Assembly (NCBI GenBank): GCA_009914755.4
Contig: CP086569.2
Location: 15,936,001 to 16,000,000 of the forward strand
Origin: the human T2T-CHM13v2.0 reference genome, Homo sapiens
Direction: 5' to 3'
Length of the DNA stretch: 64,000 bases
The position numbers and the translations under genes are program-made. Shown piece after piece: positions 57,640 through 64,000 of the stretch. The notes beneath the pieces were generated by a model. The model saw nothing but the letters and a program-made list of their open reading frames with translations. It searched no databases and had not been told where the DNA came from. Position 1 is the first letter of the stretch. The number at the start of each line of letters is the position of its first letter.

Positions 57640-59205
57640 GTCATCTTCTGCAGTCTGCCTGGACAGCACATGAAAAGCTATGACTCTTGCCTTCTAGCAC
57701 TTAATACCTGATTAGCTCTTTCTAAACAATGCCACCTGCTCTTTCCTCTCTACTGAGCATGTGTTACTGCTGTGGGACAATCAGAGATGGGAGAGAAGGA
57801 AGAGTTCAGGAGAGTCCTTTATTCTTAACGTCATCACCAGCTCAGTCGGACTAGGGTCCGGAAAGTCTGAGCCCCGAACAAAGGAAACAGCAACCTTTTA
57901 AGCAGTTAATGGTGGGTGTTACATGATGCAGGAAGTGTACTTACAGAAGTGAGAACAAAGGCAGTTAATCGTTTTTTTTTTTTTGACAGTGTTTGTATAG
58001 CTTTTAATGTAGGAAATTACTATTTTACTACAAGGCTTTTGTTTAGCTGTTATCAGAATGGAATGACAAAAAGTTGGGAGTGTAATAGTGATTCTGCATA
58101 TTAATCACCTACATATACACTTTCAGTGAATAATAGGCAGTTTTTGTAATTTTTTTTCTAATCCTATGTTACTTCTAAATTATGCTTATTGAAAAGTATT
58201 TTTTTTTATTATACTTTAAGTTTTAGGGTACATGTGCACATTGTGCAGGTTAGTTACATATGAGTACATGTGCCATGCTGGAGCGCTGCACCCACTAACT
58301 CGTCATCTAGCATTAGGTATATCTCCCAATGCTATCCCTCCCACCTCCCCCCACCACAGTCCCCAGAGTGTGATATTCCCCTTCCTGTGTCCATGTGGTC
58401 TCATTGTTCAATTCCCACCTATGAGTGAGAATATGCGGTGTTTGGTTTTTTGTTCTTGCGATAGTTTACTGAGAATGATGATTTCCAATTTCATCCATGT
58501 CCCTACAAAGGACATGAACTCATCATTTTTTATGGCTGCATAGTATTCCATGGTGTATATGTGCCACATTTTCTTAATCCAGTCTATCATTGTTGGACAT
58601 TTGGGTTGGTTCCAAGTCTTTGCTATTGTGAATAATGCCGCAATAAACATACGTGTGCATGTGTCTTTATAGTAGCATCATTTATAGTCATTTGGGTATA
58701 TACCCAGTAATGGGATGGCTGGGTCAAATGGTATTTCTAGTTCTAGATCCCTGAGGAATCGCCACACTGACTTCCACAATGGTTGAACTGGTTTACAGTC
58801 CCACCAACAGTGTAAAAGTGTTCCTATTTCTCCACATCCTCTCCAGCACCTGTTGTTTCCTGACTTTTTAATGATTGCCATTCTAACTGGTGTGAGATGA
58901 TATCTCATAGTGGTTAATTGTTCTTTTACATTTGCTGTACCTCATGTTCTACATCCTTGGGAAAAACATGTTTTTGTAACATATACTTATCAAATTTGTG
59001 ACCTCACAGCTGTGCTAGGAAGGTAAGCAGGAACTCACTGAGCCTCAAGGAATGTGAAACTGTAGAACACAGATAAGGCTCATTAAGCACAGAAGAGAAT
59101 TAGGCAGTTAATATTCTCTTCTAACTCAGGCTTCCTAGAGGGCTATATTACAGTTAGCTTTTTAAGGAAAAATAATACATTTATTGGTTATTATTCTTAC
59201 AAAAT
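57640..59205 (-). mobile_element. Putative 3' LTR of the downstream class I ERV (two parts, ~57640-58198 and 58915-59205, split by the young L1 insert); family not assigned
   Basis: Immediately 3' of env (in ERV sense) sits a purine tract: revcomp of 59213-59236 = aaaggtgaggggatgaagagggaa (PPT-like). About 660 nt further on the ERV sense strand comes aataaaggactctcctgaactcttcc (revcomp of ~57800-57826), an R-region-like polyadenylation signal. Boundaries are inferred, not read as a consensus. Confidence 0.4.
58199..58914 (-). mobile_element. Very young-looking L1 (L1PA2/L1HS-like) 5'-truncated 3' end, ~716 bp: 3' UTR plus ORF2 C-terminal 80 codons, near-consensus
   Basis: tttttttttattatactttaagttttagggtacatgtgcacattgtgcaggttagttacatatgagtacatgtgccatgctggagcgctgcacccactaactcgtcatctagcattaggtatatctcccaatgctatccctcccacctccccccaccacagtccccagagtgtgatattccccttcctgtgtccatgtggtctcattgttcaattcccacctatgagtgagaatatgcggtgtttggttttttgttcttgcgatagtttactgagaatgatgatttccaatttcatccatgtccctacaaaggacatgaac... 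Minus ORF 58408-58650 = MFIAALFTIAKTWNQPKCPTMIDWIKKMWHIYTMEYYAAIKNDEFMSFVGTWMKLE.IILSKLSQ.QKTKHR.FSLIGGN, essentially the L1HS ORF2 C-terminus. Confidence 0.93.
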
Positions 59206-59257
59206 TTATTAATTCCCTCTTCATCCCCTCACCTTTGGTGCTTGCCATAAATGCAGA

Positions 59258-61500
<2,243 letters not shown>

Positions 61501-61955
61501 TCTGGATCTTGCTGACTCCTCCACCAGTCTGGGACTGGGGCTGCAGGTTTCAGTCAGCTATGATGGATCCAGGACATGATACCTGCAATTTTACAGAAGA
61601 AGGGGTAGATATGATCACAACATGGGGCCATCCCACAAGGGCCTGAGGGTGGTAGGGTTCCGATGTTTAACCCATACAGAGTCCCCAGGTTGAAAGAGGT
61701 GTACTGCCTCTGTGAGGCTAATAGGTATTCTCTCTCTTACTCACCCTTGTATTTCTTGTATTACTTCACCTAATGCCTGCATTTGTCTCCTTAGGGTTAG
61801 CTCTTCTATTTATTTTAAATCTCCTTTTATCTGAGCTATGAGTTGGGGGTGGTCATCCATATACTATCTCATAGGGTGAATGCCCAGTCAATTTAGTAGG
61901 GGTACACCTGACTCAGAGAAGGACAATGGGCAATACCTGATCCCACCTTAAATGA

Positions 61956-62282
<327 letters not shown>

Positions 62283-62283
62283 T

Positions 62284-62800
62284 GCAAAACTTCTTCAACA
62301 GTTGTTTTAGTGTTTGGTTCATCCTGTCAACTTTTCCAGAACTCTGTGGATGGTAGGCTGTATGTAGCTTCCATTTAATTTTAAATATTTGGGGTAGTCG
62401 CTGCACTACTTCTGCCACAAAAAAAAAGCTGGCCTGTTGTCCGATCTAAAGTTAGTGGTAGTCCAAATATAGGAATAATGTCCTTTATTAGTATTCTGGT
62501 TACTTCTTGACTATTCTTGTGAATAGTTTCTCATTATCATGACTTACAGTGATTTAATTATCAGTCTGATACCTTTTCTGTTGAAGTTGCCTTTTTGAAG
62601 CAAGAATTATTTTGAAGAGGTGGGTGGGGCAAAAGAGAGGTATTGATAACTCTTTAGAGGATGTTTATATGTTAAGTTTCTTGATTGTGATGATGGTTTC
62701 CTGGTTGTATATACTTATCAAAATTTATCAAATTATATGCTTTAAATGTGTGCAGTTTTTGTATGTCAATTATACTTCAATAAATCTGTTTTAAAAATGG
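62284..62800 (-). pseudogene. ERV pol integrase catalytic-core remnant, split by the AluYa5 and carrying stops
   Basis: Minus ORF 62188-62418 begins ...[43 protein letters not shown] (the retroviral IN motif W.LH.AY.PQSSG.VER.N.T.K) and then runs into Alu sequence. The revcomp of 62460-62560 gives ...IHKNSQEVTRILIKDIIPIFGLPLTL.RTTGQLF... (the DNGPAF-equivalent region) with in-frame stops upstream. Confidence 0.7.
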
Positions 62801-62809
62801 GGCTTTGTT

Positions 62810-63087
62810 GGGCCATGTGTGGTGACTCACACCTGTAATGCCAGCACTTTGGGAGGCTGAGGTGGGGCCATCATGAGATTGGAAGATAGAGACCATCCTG
62901 GCCAACATGGTGAAAGCCCGTCTCTACTGAAAATACAAAATTTAGCTGGACATAGTGGCACAAGCCTGTAATCCCAGCTACTCAGGAGGCTGAGGCAGGA
63001 TAATCACTTAAACTGGGGAGTCAAAGGTTGCAGTAAGCTGAGATCATGCCACTGCACCCTGGCAACAGAATGAGAATCTATCTAAAA
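62810..63087 (+). mobile_element. Alu (S-type) with a perfect 16-bp TSD AAAAATGGGGCTTTGT
   Basis: gggccatgtgtggtgactcacacctgtaatgccagcactttgggaggctgaggtggggccatcatgagattggaagatagagaccatcctggccaacatggtgaaagcccgtctctactgaaaatacaaaatttagctggacatagtggcacaagcctgtaatcccagctactcaggaggctgaggcaggataatcacttaaactggggagtcaaaggttgcagtaagctgagatcatgccactgcaccctggcaacagaatgagaatctatctaaaaaaaa. aaaaatggggctttgt is at 62793-62808 and 63088-63102. Confidence 0.92.
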
Positions 63088-63130
63088 AAAAATGGGGCTT
63101 TGTCATAACAGCAAACTAAAAATATGTGAC

Positions 63131-63228
63131 AGTGGCATGTATAGCTATGTAACAAACCTGCACATTCTGCACATGTATCCCTGAACTTAAATAAAACAAA
63201 ATAAATCTAAAAATGAGTTGGCTATAAG
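63131..63228 (+). mobile_element. Short L1 3'-terminal fragment (~100 bp)
   Basis: agtggcatgtatagctatgtaacaaacctgcacattctgcacatgtatccctgaacttaaataaaacaaaataaatc matches the last ~90 nt of the L1 3' UTR (…gcatggcacatgtatacatatgtaactaacctgcacaatgtgcacatgtaccctaaaacttagagtataataaaa). Confidence 0.7.
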
Positions 63229-64000
63229 GCAAAAATATGAGTCCAGAGGTGCAAAGTCTTCATTCATCTTCTTAAATAGTGATATGGAGAAATAGAAATG
63301 TCAGGCTACAAATTCAATCACTGGTTATGGGTGTGAAAGAAAGAAGAGACATAGGAGGGACATAAATTATTAGAACCCAGGAATAATATACATGAAAAAT
63401 CAAGTATTTGGATTTAGCCACAGCTGTACTTGACCAAGAGAATCTGTAGTAGGGATTTCCCAAGCATAAAAAATTATTTATATTACCAGCACAAAGAATG
63501 AATAATTCCTCATGTTAATAAGTTCCCAAGCTTCAATATCTAATGTCTCTGTCTCTGCAGCAGAATCAGTTCTCTCAATGACCAAACATTTCCTCTCAAT
63601 AGAAAGTTGCAATGATCAGTCTTATTACACAGCAAACAAAGACATTGAAACTAACTCACAAAACATCTTGAGGCATTGATGGAAGAGTTGATCTACTGCA
63701 AAACCAAGTTGCCAACAATCACAGAGGAGAAGATACCAGCTCAGATCTGCACAGCTTAGCTTAACTCGCTCTCTCTCCCCTGAGCTCCTATGCTGTCCAT
63801 CTTTGCTTGCCTCATGATACTAATATTTTCAGTGGTTTGCATACTCTGAAAATTAAAAGATCATTCATACATCTGCCACCGTCATAGGTTCTTTGCCTCA
63901 GGTGTATGGCAAGTGAATATGCAGAGACACTGGGGTACAGTAGAGAAAGAGGTTTAATCAGAGAACCCCCCAAAACAAGATGGGAGGAAACCTCAAATCC
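63229..64000 (-). other. Presumed continuation of the ERV internal (pol) region to the window edge; not verified by motif
   Basis: Position only. It lies 5' (in ERV sense) of the integrase remnant and has no identifiable Alu or L1 signature. I could not read clear RT or RNase H motifs by eye. Confidence 0.3.

Overview
This 64 kb window looks like human or hominid nuclear DNA from an AT-rich, gene-poor intergenic or intronic region. I found no convincing host protein-coding exon, rRNA, tRNA or CRISPR array. Nearly all the recognisable structure is interspersed repeats, and the long six-frame ORFs are either retrotransposon ORFs or translations of simple repeats.

Main content:
- About 20 Alu elements, including two AluYa5-type copies with clean target-site duplications (TSDs) and long pure tails.
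- A full-length but frameshifted L1PA (about 6.06 kb) on the minus strand.
- Several other L1PA and older L1 fragments, including a textbook twin-priming inversion (the L1 inversion that arises when the target's top strand also primes on the L1 RNA), an L1 with an internal deletion fusing the 5' UTR to the ORF2 3' part, and a very young-looking 0.7 kb L1 3' end.
- Three THE1/MST-type MaLR solo LTRs, one carrying a nested L1 insertion.
- A degraded class I (gamma-like) endogenous retrovirus on the minus strand from about 57.6 kb to the window end. Its env TM domain and an integrase fragment are still recognisable. It is pierced by three Alus and two L1 pieces.
- Long microsatellites: (TTTC)n about 220 bp, (GAAA/GGAA)n about 310 bp, (GT)n and (AC)n.
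- A roughly 400 bp AT-rich near-palindrome built from inverted copies of an old L1 segment.

I see no evidence of a novel biological system. The points worth a second look are the candidate polymorphic retrotransposon insertions, the AT-rich palindrome and expansion-prone STRs as structural-instability sites, and the unassigned ERV env with a CX7CC immunosuppressive-domain-like motif. Coordinates are hand-counted and may be off by a few bp. Subfamily calls are from memory of consensus sequences.
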